From positions 32,736,001 to 32,800,000 of the forward strand of contig OX597829.1 of NCBI GenBank assembly GCA_951406725.2: a DNA stretch of 64,000 bases, given 5' to 3'. Source of the stretch: Octopus vulgaris. Lineage: Eukaryota. A model generated the notes under the pieces. It was not told the DNA's origin. It saw only the letters and a program-made list of their open reading frames with translations, and did not search any database. This document shows positions 15,356 through 27,900 of the stretch, piece by piece. A program made the translations under genes and the position numbers. Each line of letters opens with the position of its first letter. Position 1 is the first letter of the stretch.

Positions 15356-15739
15356 TCGCACACAAGGTATGAGTTGATTTGTAGCTGCCGCTTGACTGTT
15401 CTCTAAAAGCAACGTGTATATAGATTTTTCAGTCCTGTTAGAAACATCCTCCACCCTTTTACACTGATGCTGGAATGATGGACATGTTTTACAGTGGGTG
15501 TGAAGAGAGTATACATCCCGTGCTGATACACGCTTTCATTCCATCATAGAATTTTTCAGTTGAGTGTTTTGTTTTATGTCCTGCAGAGTATCCAACAAAA
15601 ACCACCCACTTTGCCAATGTTACTGGTTTCGCTGATTACCCGACAATGCAACAAATTTATACTGGGTTATTTGTTACATGTAGCACTAAAAGTAACCTGA
15701 TTTATGTTAATGTATAAACGTCCAACGTAACTGGGATGG

Positions 15740-16400
15740 CATCAGATGCGAGTCTACTTTCACGCTGATTAAGATCATTAGACCAGCTCCACCTCGCTTG
15801 TCTCCTTTCCGCTTCGCAGTGAAACAGGGACGCATGGCTCAATTCGATTCCCTCCTCAGCTAACGTTACTTTCCACGCGTGTGAGCCGCACAAACGCCGT
15901 TGTGGAGCGTAGTCTATGATCGGCCTGCATCCATTATCCTGCGTGGGCCGGATACTCTGATACTCCTCTCTGAATGACGTAATCAAAAAGGGTAGCGACG
16001 CGGCTTGTTTCCCGTCTCAACTGGAGCCAATAGGTCTTGACCACGGGGGCGGTAAGTAGCCCACCTCTTTCTATTCGAGGGTGGCAGATCCCTAGACCGA
16101 GCCGTTCTCCGTCTCCAACCTAGCTGCATCGGCTGCAAACCCGGGTATCGTCGCCCGTAACACAGAGGAGAGAAAAGTCAATAAAGACAAGTGATTAGCC
16201 GACCACTATCAGTTTGTGCCAGTCGCCGTTGAGACGTCAGGTTTTCTCGGATACCGCACAGCAGATTCCTTCCGCAAAATAAGGAAAACGAAGGCCTATC
16301 TGAGAAATGAGACCCGCGAGTTGGAATGGATGCTGCAGCTAGCGTGACTGACCACTCTCCACGGCAACGCCATCGCAGTCATGACTGCGGGGAACAGCAG
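15740..16400 (+). mobile_element. CRE-clade-like non-LTR retrotransposon 3' remnant (REL region)
   Basis: Manual translation: LLSASQ*NRDAWLNSIPSS...GLHPLSC...SLNDVI...QLEPIGLDHG...EERKVNK...YQFVPVAVETSGFLG, resembling the CRE-type C-terminal pattern. Contains stops and frameshifts. Confidence 0.75.
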
Positions 16401-17070
16401 AGCACACCATTTGTTCTGGAGTATGTGGATCATTTCCCCCTCCCCCTTCATGTCTTGCTGCTTAACCCTTTCCTTTTTCTTTCTTCTTTTTCTTTTTCTA
16501 TTTCTTTGTTTCTTTTTATTTAACTGTTATAATTTAAAATGTTATCAGTTAGTTTAATAAGTGAAATATATTTATTTAAAAAGAAATATTTATTGTTGTA
16601 TTTAGGAATGGTCATTTTGCCAGTTTAGCCAATAATTTATTGACTATTTCATAAGTTCATGTAAGAGTGTTGTTATGTTTTGCAATGATGTATTTGTTGT
16701 TATAAAAGAAATAGCAGTTGTTAACTTAGAGTTATCATATGCAAGTGCATGTACGCATAAAAAATCTAGCGGCGAATACACGTGTGATAACGAAAAATAA
16801 AGGCTATGTTCGTCATCATTGATCAACATATTTTCCATCATTTCGACAAGTAATGAAGACAGTTTGGGACAAGTCTCAGTTTTATTAGATATACTTGGTG
16901 AAGCACAGACTTGCTGATAACAGATGTACACTCGAGTATGTATGAAACGTTAGCATATTGCGAAAACTAAGGTTAAACTTGGAAACGCCAAACTCATTGC
17001 AAAGCAATAGTTAAGTGAATTTTCAGTGGAGTATTAGACTGAAAAAAAAAACTCATTGTATCTATGAGCT

Positions 17071-17375
17071 GGGAGACGCAATGGCCCAGTGGTTAGGGCA
17101 GCGGACTCGCAGTCGGATGATCGCGGATTCGATTTCCAGACCGGGCGTTGTATGTGTTTATTGAGCGAAAATACCTAAAGTTCCACGAAGCTCCGGCAGG
17201 GGGGGGTGGCGACCCCTGTTGTACTCTTTCACCACAACTTTCTCTCACTCTCTCTTCCTGTTTCTTGAGTATCGCTGCGATGGATTGGCGTCCAGTCCAG
17301 CTGGGGGGAACACATACGCCACAGAAACCGGGAAACTGGGCCCACGAGGCCGGCTATGCTTGAAAAGAGCAACGT
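17071..17375 (+). mobile_element. SINE family C head and body with an alternative 3' module
   Basis: Matches family C up to ...cttcctgtttct, then continues gtatcgctgcgatggattggcgtccagtccag instead of the 12740-12926 tail. Confidence 0.85.
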
Positions 17376-17769
17376 TTATCGTTTTTATCCATGAGCTACG
17401 ACGTGACTACTTTCTGTTTCTCCCATGCAAGTGTGTATCAAAATGTTTAGCTCTATTAAAAATAGAAATAAAATAAAGTGAATAAGATAAAATCATTTCT
17501 TGTATAAACGTAGGATAATGACCCCATCACACCACGTCGCCAAAGATAGGCGTGGTAGTCAAGAACGAGCATCTTACACAAAAAGAATTACTGAAGGAAG
17601 ATCCTGTTTAAGTTACAATAATCACCATTGACACATCATCATTATCATTGTGGTAGGCAAGACTGAGCTGTCGTAAACGTAGAGAACCTCAGCATGCAGC
17701 TTTTTTGTAGAAGATAGCATTGATTTTTTTTTTTTTTTTTTGCAATTTTAAGTCCCAAAATAGTATCTG

Positions 17770-17816
<47 letters not shown>

Positions 17817-18320
17817 CAGACAGAATGGAAGAACGAAAAAAAGAAAGAGGAGTGGGAGATGTGAAAGTCCTCAAGATGTTCTACTTCAAAGTCTGTGTCG
17901 TTGCGATCGACATTCTCGAACAAGTTGTACATGTTAATTTGCCCATTCGTCTGAGTGAAATCAGCATCAGAATATTATCTAAGTATATCTGAAGAAGGAA
18001 GCGGGGAACAGCAGGTGTTTAAGCACACTGCTCTCTAGCTAACCCGAATGCGTAATAGCAAGCAAACGTGACACATCTGATTCCCACAGGGAGTCCAGTT
18101 TCTTAATATACATACATATATACATACATACATACATACATACATACATACATACATGCATACATACATACATACATACATACATACATACATACATACA
18201 TACTTACATACATACATACATATATATATATATAAAATATGAATTAGAGATCTCTAATTCATATTTTATATATCTATACTGTGAAATTTGATTTAATCCT
18301 AAATCTAATTTTTTCCTGTA

Positions 18321-18384
<64 letters not shown>

Positions 18385-18470
18385 CATATATATATAATCA
18401 ACGTTACTCTCCATGATAAAATGTGTGTGTACGTGTGTGTGTGTGTGTGCGCGCGTTGATAGATACACAG

Positions 18471-18507
<37 letters not shown>

Positions 18508-18524
18508 GTACATATATATATGTA

Positions 18525-18835
18525 CTGTATATGCCGACGTATAAGTCGATATTTGAAGAGCCTAAAAATCTCTCCCCAAACTAGGAGTCGACTTATCCGC
18601 TAAATATAAAATGTGAACCATTATTACTAAGGGGTAACCACTTGTCATAACTCTAGCATACCCCCACGATTATTTCCTACTGAAGAAACGAAACTAATAC
18701 AATTAATACAATTTTATTTTACAACAATTTTGAATTACCTTATTTGTTTTGTGGGGGATCGTCTTATCCGGCGAATATAAGCATAGACCTCAGAATTTTA
18801 AAGATCGGCTTATGCGCTAGGTCGACTTATACGCC

Positions 18836-18840
<5 letters not shown>
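18525..18840. mobile_element. pogo/Tc2-like MITE
   Basis: TA then ctgtatatgccgacgtataagtcga ... tcgacttatacgccgacac inverted termini, with repeated subterminal tcg(a/t/g)cttat motifs. Confidence 0.7.
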
Positions 18841-18897
<57 letters not shown>

Positions 18898-18899
<2 letters not shown>

Positions 18900-20375
18900 A
18901 CAAAAGACGAAGATAGGTGTATGAACAACATGCAGGTGTATTTGACGCTCGGGAAAGTGCAAAAGTCTTTTACGTTTCGAGCCTACGCTCTTCAACACAA
19001 AGGAATAAGAGAAAAAAAACACAGAGGGAATAAATGGACTTGTGGATTTAGCGGTCAAGCATGGTGACTAGTCAGAAAAAATGGTTTGACGGGAGAGATT
19101 GAAAGAAGGGGAGGTAATAAAGTATTGGTGATCCAAAACGAAGGTGTGCGTGCGTGTGTATGTATGTGAGAATGTGTGTGTGTGTGTGTGTGTGTATGTG
19201 TCTAGATAGGGACTAGTGACTTTAACGTGTGTTAATGTGTGCGTGTGTAAGTGTATACGTCTTTAACGCGTGGGTGTGTGGATGATGGTGCATGGGTATG
19301 CGGACGATGGTGTGTAGTGTGTGTGCTGGGAAGTGGTCAGTGCAAATGTGTACGGAGTGGTGTGGGGGTGATGCGGCTGTGGGGCTGTGGTGGTAGGGTG
19401 GAAGTGTGGGTAGGGGTTGGGGGAATAGTGCGTATGAGAGAAGAGAGAAAGTGCGGCAGCATGGGCGGAAACAGGAGAAAGGGCCGGCTGGGAGGTGGGG
19501 GGTAGGGAAGAAACTGTAAACCAGGAGGTCACGCAGGTTGTGGACTCATTTGATAGAGGGAAGGGGTAGATTAGGGAAAATGTGCGAGGTGTAGGGGTCG
19601 GACTGGAGTCGCTGGAACAATGCTACGTTGCTCGGGGAATGTCACGTTGGAGGGGTGGTAGATTAGGGAAAACGCGAGACGGGCAACGGCGGGGCGGGTT
19701 CGGAGAGAGGGAGCAGAGGCACGATCTACGGAACGTGTCCTGGCAAGGGCTGTGTGGTTAGTGGTGGGGGAATATCCACGAAGGATGAAGTGGCGAGCCA
19801 TGAGTTGAGACTGAGTCGTGGTTGTCACTGCAGAGCCTGCGCAGACGGAGGAATTGGGAATAGGGGATGGAGAGCTTGGTATGGGTAGGTTGGGAGGAGG
19901 AGAAGTTGAGGTAGGAGTGTGAGTCGGTGTGATAGTAGGGGATGGAGGTGGTGAGAGCGGAGTGGTGTATGTTGACAGAAATGTCGAGAAATTCGACGGA
20001 GAATTCGAGGGTAAGATGGAAGGATTGAACAAGAGAGGAGTCAGTTGTTCGTGGGAGAGTGAGGTCGCACCGATATAGTCCTCAATATAACGACCGTATT
20101 GTTCGGGGAGTGGGACCAGTGAACCGTTGAGAATATTTGGGCCTCAACGTAGCCAACGAACAGGTTCGCATAGTTGGGGCTCATGCACGTTCCCATGTCC
20201 ACACCTAAGAAATGTTGGTAAAAATCGCCCGCGAACGAGGAGCAGTTGAAGAAGAGAACAAGTTCAGCCAGACGAAGAAGCGTGGAGGCATCAGGTTGAG
20301 GGTTGGGTCGAAGGTCCAGAAAGTGTTTAAGTGCAAGAAGTCCTTCGTTGTGTGGGATCACAGTGTATAGACTGG
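18898..20375 (-). mobile_element. Penelope-like element remnant (RT fragment, downstream region, HHR-bearing pseudo-LTR)
   Basis: SLYTVIPHNEGLLALKHFL...TLLRLAELVL...FYQ..GVDMGTCMSPNYANLFVGYVE (20041-20375) and ARHFILRGY downstream. The 3' repeat carries an HHR motif at 18967-19002 and ends in (TA)/(CA)n. Confidence 0.88.
18967..19002 (-). ncRNA. Minimal type I hammerhead ribozyme motif (variant, C3 mutated)
   Basis: cttt-GTGTTGA-a-gagc gtag gctc-GAAA-cg-TA-aaag: stems I and II pair; palindromic ACGT stem III. Confidence 0.65.
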
Positions 20376-20689
20376 TTTGGGAGTCCTAGAATTTTGAAAA
20401 GTATGGAATCACCACTTTTATGGTCTACACTGACCCGGAATAGTAGCATTTGTCAGTGATCCAGTTATGTGTTAACTAGCGTATGTGATGGCGTTCCATC
20501 TGTGAGTAGGGACGCAGAAATACGTTTAGTTGCTGTCACAACGCGCAATAAAACTCCCCTAGTTATCACAGGGTCCCGTAGTTGTTATCACAGCATTCTT
20601 CTAGAAGAAGGACACTCTGATGGAAAACCTGCTGTTTTACGTGATTATTGGTCATTTCACTTTGGCCTGTTACTATAATCTATTGGTGT

Positions 20690-20932
20690 ACAGACGTCTC
20701 TTTATGATGACTTCAATTGACATTCTCTCTACTGAAAGTCTTGTGGCGATAAAAGAGTGGCGACGTGTGCAGACCTAACCAGTTGGAAGATTACAGTAAA
20801 ATACACCATTCGTTTGTCAAGTGTGCTTCAAACCATGGACGTCTGCAACGGGACTGGATAGTCATCTGAGAGGTCACATATGGCAAGTCAAAAATGCCAT
20901 TGACAACGATGAAGCACAGGATGGAGTAATCA

Positions 20933-20935
<3 letters not shown>
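20690..20935 (+). mobile_element. RTE-like LINE 3' end remnant
   Basis: PFVCQVCFKPWTSATGLDSHLRGH C2H2-like motif at ~20807-20880, similar to that at 7927-8010; followed by a (GT)/(TA) tail. Confidence 0.55.
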
Positions 20936-20965
<30 letters not shown>

Positions 20966-21196
20966 GTTATAACACCAACTTGAACTTCTAATTTGTTGTC
21001 TCTTGAGGTCTCTGGTTGAGACTTGGAGTCAACTTGTACAAATACCCATCGGGGGAATTTACAGTGTGAGTGACAACTCCTAACAGTCATAGATGTTAAG
21101 TACTAATTGATGCGGTTAGCCTTAACTTGGAACATTATTGAGAGCCACCACAGCCCGGAAAATATATCTCTCTAAACTCACATTGATAATATATAA

Positions 21197-21243
<47 letters not shown>

Positions 21244-21584
21244 CATACATACATACATACATACATACATACATGCATACATACATACATACATACATAC
21301 ATACATACATACATACATACATACGTAGGTAGGTAGGTAGGTAGGTAGGTAGGTAGGTAGGTAGGTAGGTAGGTATGTAGGTAGTGAATATGGAGTACTG
21401 TACTTAATGCAATCTAACACTTGAAAGACAAATAACTGAAATTTTGCGAAATTCTTTCGTAACGTCATATATCGCTAGCTTAATGAAAATGAGCGTCAGG
21501 TATAACCTAGAAAATAATGTTATTTTTGTTGTTGTCGTCGTTGTCGCTACTGCTGTTGCTGCTGTTGTTGTTCTTGTTGCCTTT

Positions 21585-21651
<67 letters not shown>

Positions 21652-21679
21652 AAGCAGCAGCAGCAGCAGCAGCGGTAGC

Positions 21680-21830
21680 AGCATTTCGTCCGTCTTTACG
21701 TTCTGAGTTCAAATTCCGCTGTGATCAATTGTAGCTTTCATCCTCTCGAGGTTGATAAGATAGTACTAGCTGAGTACTGGAATCGATGTAATCGACAAGC
21801 CTCCACCTCACAAAATTTTCAGGCCACATG
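21680..21830 (+). mobile_element. SINE family A partial copy after (TAG)n
   Basis: atttcgtccgtctttacgttctgagttcaaattccgc...gctttcatcct...gtaatcgac. Confidence 0.75.
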
Positions 21831-21857
21831 CCTATTATCATTCTTCTTATTATTATT

Positions 21858-22318
21858 GAGTGAGCGAGCAGAGCATGCCATCAAAGTGACACTGGGGTAA
21901 AATATACGAAGCCCAGTATACCCATCATGACTACCCGTCTGATAAGGGTACACCAGGCACATGCATCACAACCATATGTGCGCGACATGGTGATCTCATA
22001 TCAAGATAAACAGCACATGACCTTGCAAGTGGAGCCCAGTTAGAATTTTCTTCAGATCGAGTAACCCATCCCGCTCAAAAGGTCCCTGAATAAGGGTTGT
22101 TTAAGGACGTTGAACGAAACACCCATGTTTCCAGAGGTGAATTATTCAAACCCCAAAGAATCCTTCTCAACACATGGCTATGATGCTCCCCCACTACTTC
22201 TGCTCGTGATCAGAGATGCACATATCGTCAGCCACTAAGGGACATGCTCAACTGGTTAAGGTCAAACAACTGACAAGCAAATCTGTGGTATTGAGCAGAA
22301 TATTTGCTGTAGCCCATC

Positions 22319-22388
<70 letters not shown>

Positions 22389-22424
22389 CATTATTATTGT
22401 TATTGTTATTGTTATTGTTATTGC

Positions 22425-22467
<43 letters not shown>

Positions 22468-22780
22468 GTCATTATTATTATTATTACTATTATAGAATGA
22501 GAGAGCAGAGCATCCAGCAAATGACACTGGGGTAAAATATACGAAGCCCAATATACCCATCATAACTACCCGTCTGATAAGGGTACACTACACACATGCA
22601 TAACAACCATATGTGTGCGACATGGTTATCTCATATCAAGATAAACAGTATATGACCTTGCAGGTTGGGTGGTCCATCCCACTCAAATGGTCATTGAATA
22701 AGAGTTGTTTAAGGATGTTGGACGAAACACCAATGTTTTCAGAGGTGAATTATTCAAACTCCAAAGAATCCCTCTCAACT
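21858..22780 (-). mobile_element. Two tandem partial TAA-560 copies separated by (TTA)n
   Basis: 21858-22320 and 22497-22780 align with 27901-28458. Confidence 0.85.
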
Positions 22781-23209
22781 CGCCTTAACTTTTTTCTTTG
22801 ACACACGTATTTTTGCTTTGTTTAAGTAGATTTAAGTATTTATTCACTTCAACCCTTTAACAAAATTGCTTGGACCCCGACAGCTGTATCCAAGTTGCTC
22901 TGACTTCAAGATGCCCTAATTTTGATATAATTGTAACAAAAATGAAACAATATCATTTTTCCAAAACGTGAAGTTATAAAAGTTTCTAGAAAAATCCTTT
23001 TGTTTCATAATCAGCATATTAATATTTTATCGCGTTTGTTCCATACTTTTTATATTTATAATTGTATTCTCTATATAATGAGATTCAATAAATCTTTTGA
23101 ATTCAAAGAATCTATGATTTTCTTCCTTTCGAATCAAGGAGGTAACGTCAGTGTAAATAAATATATTTTGGGGTAATTGGTTAAAAAAGTTCCCCGGCTC
23201 CTGCTCAAG

Positions 23210-24715
23210 AAAGACAGTCCACCTAAGAGAAGAAAAACTTTTATTTCAAACCTCTACTGCCTTGCAGCTATACCCATTTAAGTGAAGAGCTTCGGGAGTA
23301 AAGCCCGAGGAAAAATCCAGAGTCGGAGTCCTGAAAGCTATTTGTGGTTATATCCAACTTCGTTCTTGCAACCCCTGCGCCTCACTCACTGGTGCCAAGT
23401 CGTATTAGCCCCAACTCTTCCCTTGGATAACACTGGTGACGGTAGAGATGGAGTCGTGCTACATTTGCAACCCTACCCTGGCCTGCACCCTAGAGAGGAC
23501 ACTCCAGGGTCGTCCTCCACAGCGGCAAAACATGGAAAGCTATAGTCTACTGGTTTTAAGACTGTAAACGATCGGTGTAGGCGCAAGAGAGAGACTATTG
23601 TGTCTCACTGGTCAGCTGCTGTCCGCATCAAGCTGAGCAGTCCCCAGCCAGTAGTCCACCTGCTCCACTGGGTGTGTGGGACCTAAGGATACTAATACTC
23701 TGAATCGTGGGCTGTAAACAGCAAGAAAAACGATAAACGGTGTTGAGACTTGGATGTTTGAACATACGGACCATGACAACTGATCTGTCGGAGGATCTTC
23801 AAATGTTTAGCGACACTCGCAAGACAGCAGTGAAACGGGGTTCCCAGATTCGGGGACCCTTCGTGAAAGATAGTATACCTTTTTTTCAGCAGGGGAAAAG
23901 TATAAATAAAGCAAGAGAGAATGGTGTCAACTTTGCTGTGAGGAACTCCCTGCTGAAGTTGGTGGGAGCTCAGCAGTGACGGTTCGAAGCGAATTCTCTC
24001 ACTCCAATTGCACATTTCAGATGGGCCTGTCAATCTTGTCTCCGCCCTCTTATGTCCCAAACTTATATTCCTTATAAGGATAAGTTTTACGATCAGCTCT
24101 CTAGAAAATACAAGTGTTCCCAAATAGAGAACAGTTAGGAGCCGGTCCAGGACAGGGTGTCTGGAACGGTATGGTGTCGACAACATGAATGAAAATGGAC
24201 AACAGCTACTTGAGCTCTGTATACTCCATTGACTCTGTTACGCGCAGAGCATTGACATCAGCTAGAATTGATACTCACAAGACTCAACCACCTGAGGAAC
24301 GTGCTTCTGACTCGATACTTTCAGAACACTGACTGTAACATAGATCACTCCTTGGTCTGCTGCTATCTCAAACTCTAACCAAAAATGATGCACTTCGCCA
24401 AGCCGCCAGGCAAGCAGCGTATCAATGCTACTGCGATCCAACAGTTAGCCAAGGCAGATGCATTTCTCAAATCGCTGGAGGACGCCTTCCTTACAGACGC
24501 ACTGAAATGTAATGTGCAGCACATATGGGACTCTCTAAGGAACAACAAACCTGTGCACTGCACTGAAGGCCTTTGTGGGGAGGTGTAGAGTGATACACGA
24601 CTGGTTTGAAGCTAGCGCGAATGAGCTCAATGCACTCATGGAGAAGCGCGTTGCTCTGTTGAAGCACAAACACCAACCCACCAGGGCAGCGCTGCAAGCA
24701 TTGAGTTCAGCTAGA
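23210..24715 (+). mobile_element. RTE/BovB-like LINE 5' part (5' UTR and decayed APE endonuclease)
   Basis: LRLGCLNIRTMTT...DTRKTAV, FFQQGKSINKARENGVNFAVRNSLL, MNENGQQLLELC and DCNIDHSLV motifs; RTE-type UTR opening ctaagagaagaaaaact. Confidence 0.85.
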
Positions 24716-24717
24716 TG

Positions 24718-25038
24718 ATGTCCAAGATAAACAACACATGACTTTGCCGATGGGGCCCAGTTAAAATTTCCCTCTGGTCGAGAAGCCCATTCTCATTCTC
24801 AATGAGGGTTGTTTAAGGATGATTAACGAAGCACCAATGTTTCCAGGGATTGAATTATTCAAACCCCAAAGAATTCCTCTCAACACATGACTATGATGCT
24901 CCCCTACTACTTCTGCTCGTGATCAGAGATGTACATATCATCAACCATTAAGGAACATGCTCAACTGGTTAAGATCAAGAAACTGACAAATCTGTGGTAT
25001 TGAGCAGAATATTTGCCGTAGTTCATCTTTTACACCAA
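24718..25038 (-). mobile_element. TAA-560 partial copy
   Basis: caagataaac...gcccagtt...ctacttctgctcgtgatcagaga...catcttttacaccaa, followed by a TTA tract. Confidence 0.8.
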
Positions 25039-25074
25039 ATTATTATTACTATTTTTTTTGTATGTTATATATAC

Positions 25075-25950
25075 TTGTAAGTCCTGTTATTTCTGTTATG
25101 TAGTTGTCTGAATGTATTTTATTATACCTAATGCGCCTACTATGATAGAAATTGTTTCTGTCTTTAGGCTCCACATTCGAGTTACCTCTATTTCCAGATT
25201 GTTGCATTTTGAAAGTTTCTCCGTTTCTTTTAGAGAAACATTGTCATCTGTTGGTATTGATACATCAATTAGAAAACATTTATTTTTCTTGGTGATCTCT
25301 AACAACTATATCTAGCCTATTGGCTTTAATTTCTCTATCTGTGTGTATTGGCATATCCCAGAATATGGTTGCTTTCTCATTTTCTGTGACCATTTCTGGT
25401 GTGTGCCTATACCATCTTTTTTCTGTTGATATTCTATAGTGTTAGCATAGCTTCCAATATATATAAGGTTCCAACTCTGTCGTGTCTGTGAATATATTCC
25501 TTCTTAGCCAAGGTTGGGTAACCAGAGACAATATGATTCATTGTTTCTTGTCCATCACCACATATTCTGCAGTTACTTGTTATATTTCTCTTCATTATGT
25601 GTTTGTGGTGATTCCTGGTGGGAAGGCTTTGATCTTGTGCTGCAATTAAAAATCCTTCGGTCTCTGCTTTGAGTCCCGGGCTTTTCAGCCATTGATGGGA
25701 TTTTGCTTTGTCCATTTCTTTTCTGTTTATATTAATCCAGTATTTGCTATGATGGGGCTTTTCTTGCCACCTTTTATTATAATCAGTTTCTGTTTCAGTT
25801 TTAGTTTGGATTTCAGTTGTTTTTCAGATTTTATTTTCTTCTTTTTCTTCATAGTTGTTAGGTACTATGATTTCTTTTTTTGTATTTGTCAGCTTCCTTA
25901 AAGACTGAAAACAATTTTTGATTTGTTCGTGTTTTGTGGCTATTTGTATT
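25075..25950 (-). mobile_element. Dong/R4-like element, 5'-truncated (CCHC zinc knuckle and REL)
   Basis: SHQWLKSPGLKAETEGFLIAAQDQSLPTRN...CRICGDGQETMNHIVSG...YIHRHDRVG and FLIDVSIPTDDNV..KETEKLSK...IIVGALG. Confidence 0.92.
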
Positions 25951-25977
25951 ATTACTATTAGTATTATCATTGTTGCC

Positions 25978-27850
25978 TTTGCACATCTTCTAACGCTGGA
26001 GATGTACTACGGTGTCAGCTGTTAACTACCAGTGAGCTAAGGTAACACCTATTATTTTTTGAGCTCCTTCCGGAATATTCGAGCGGTTCCAAGCAGTGCT
26101 GTTTTCTGCAAGTGCTCCACTCTTATTGCAGCCCCTATTTATTCCACGTACTTCTCGAGATTTTTGCTCTCTGTTCCCAGGGCTCCGACAATTATTGTTA
26201 CTACTGCTACCTTTTTCATCGACCACAACTGCTTAACTTCCCAAGCTAACCTGTCATATCTCTCGACTTTTCTTTCTTCCTTATCACATACCTTATTGTC
26301 AGCTGGGCATGCTATGTCTATGATCCAGCATAGTTTGTTTTCCTTCTCAATTAAGACTATGTCTGGCTTCCTATTCTCAATTTCATGGTCGCATTGAATC
26401 ATAAAATCCCATAGGATATTTGCATTTCTATTTTCGACAATGCTTTCAGGTTTGTGGTCGTACCAATTTTTTGCTCTGTCAAATTCATACTAGTTGTAAA
26501 GTGTCCAATGGACAAGCCTGGCTATATAGTCATGGTGTTTCTTATATTCCTTCTGGACTAGTGGTGTGTATTGGCTGGTAATATGCTATACGGTTTCACC
26601 GTTTTGTCCACAGATTCTACACTTATCACTTTCTGCTGTATTGTCTATTCTGTATTTTATGTAGTTTGTTCTTAGTGCTTGCTCTTGGGCAGCACAGATT
26701 AGTGCCCCCGTTTCCGGTTTTAAATCACTTTTAGTCATCCACAATCATCTTTTTTCTCTGTCTGTCTTATCTTCAACATCCCTATGAAATTGACCATACG
26801 TTCTTTTCTTTACCCACCTATTTTCAGTTTCATTCGTTTTCAATTTCTTGTACAGTGCTTTATCTTTGCAATCATTCATCCTACACAAGCCTGACCCTCT
26901 TACTTCTAATAATAGCGGTTCTGTGGCATTTTTTACATACCATGCTATGTTGTTCTGCTCTAATGCTGTGTTCGCATCCAAGAAGTCCTCTTCTCTCTCT
27001 TTTTCTTGGTATATACAGTCTGTCTGTGTTACTTTTTGGGTGGTGTGACCCATATTTAGTTAGCAACTTCCTTGTCTTTCTGCCTAAGCTGTTTAGTTCG
27101 TCTACTGTCCATGCAATTACCCTTGCTCCATATCTAAGGAAACCGCCCAGGTGTTGATAGCTTCAATCCTATCCCGTCCGTTTAATTTCGACTTAAGGAT
27201 CAGTCTCAGTCTGCGTAAGTACTCCACCTTAAATTTTTCTGTCATTTCTTTCTCTATTAATTTATCCATTTCCAAAATCCCCAAGTACTTATAGCCCGTC
27301 TTTCCTATCTACTTCATAACTACTTCATAACTTCCCCCGACGGTATCGCTAGTCCGGTCATACATTTGATTTTGCCCCTCTTCAATACTAACACACTACA
27401 CTTTCTCAGTCCGAACTGATATTAGCACAGAAGGAATACACCGTATCAACAAGGGAACTGACTTGGGCACTATTTTTACCATAAAGTTTGAGGTCATCCA
27501 TGAATAATAAATGGTTGACTTTTTGTTGGCGGCTTTTGAATAAATACCCAGCTTTTGCTTTCCTCAGAATCAGTGTTAGTGGTATCAAGCACAGTACAAA
27601 GATCAGTGGGGGCAGACAGTCCCCTTGGATGATGCCCCTCCTAATTTTTACTGTTCCTAAACTTCTTCGTATGTTGTCAGGTCCGTCCTCCAATTCGCCA
27701 TACTTTTTTCCAAGCAATTGCTCAACATTCGATGCAATCCCAAACAGGTTCATGCACTCCATAATCCAAGAATGTGGGATCATATCGTACGGCTTACGAT
27801 AGTCGATCCATGACATGGCTAGGTTACTTTTTCTCCTCTTGCAGTCTCTG
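25978..27850 (-). mobile_element. Second Dong/R4-like element, 5'-truncated (RT to REL, with 3' UTR)
   Basis: MSWIDYRKPYDMIPHSWI, IRRGIIQGDCLPPLIFVLCL, NHLLFMDDLKLY, DRLYIPRK and RKPDIVLIEK...IIDIACPAD...KVERY...IIVGALG. Confidence 0.93.
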
Positions 27851-27900
27851 GGTAGTTTTATTATTATTAATATTAATATTATTATTATTATTATTATTAT

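Noticed and set aside
15560-15700. Possible exon after acceptor-like ttttatgtcctgcag
   Set aside because: No recognisable protein, no clear donor and no partner exons; needs RNA-seq.
16644-16931. 95-aa minus-strand ORF in unique sequence (also 4568-4789)
   Set aside because: No motif or splice support; length is compatible with chance.
17071-17146. tRNA genes at SINE heads (also 45412, 15225, 63760-63834)
   Set aside because: A/B boxes are present but the cloverleaf is incomplete, and each continues into repeated SINE body.
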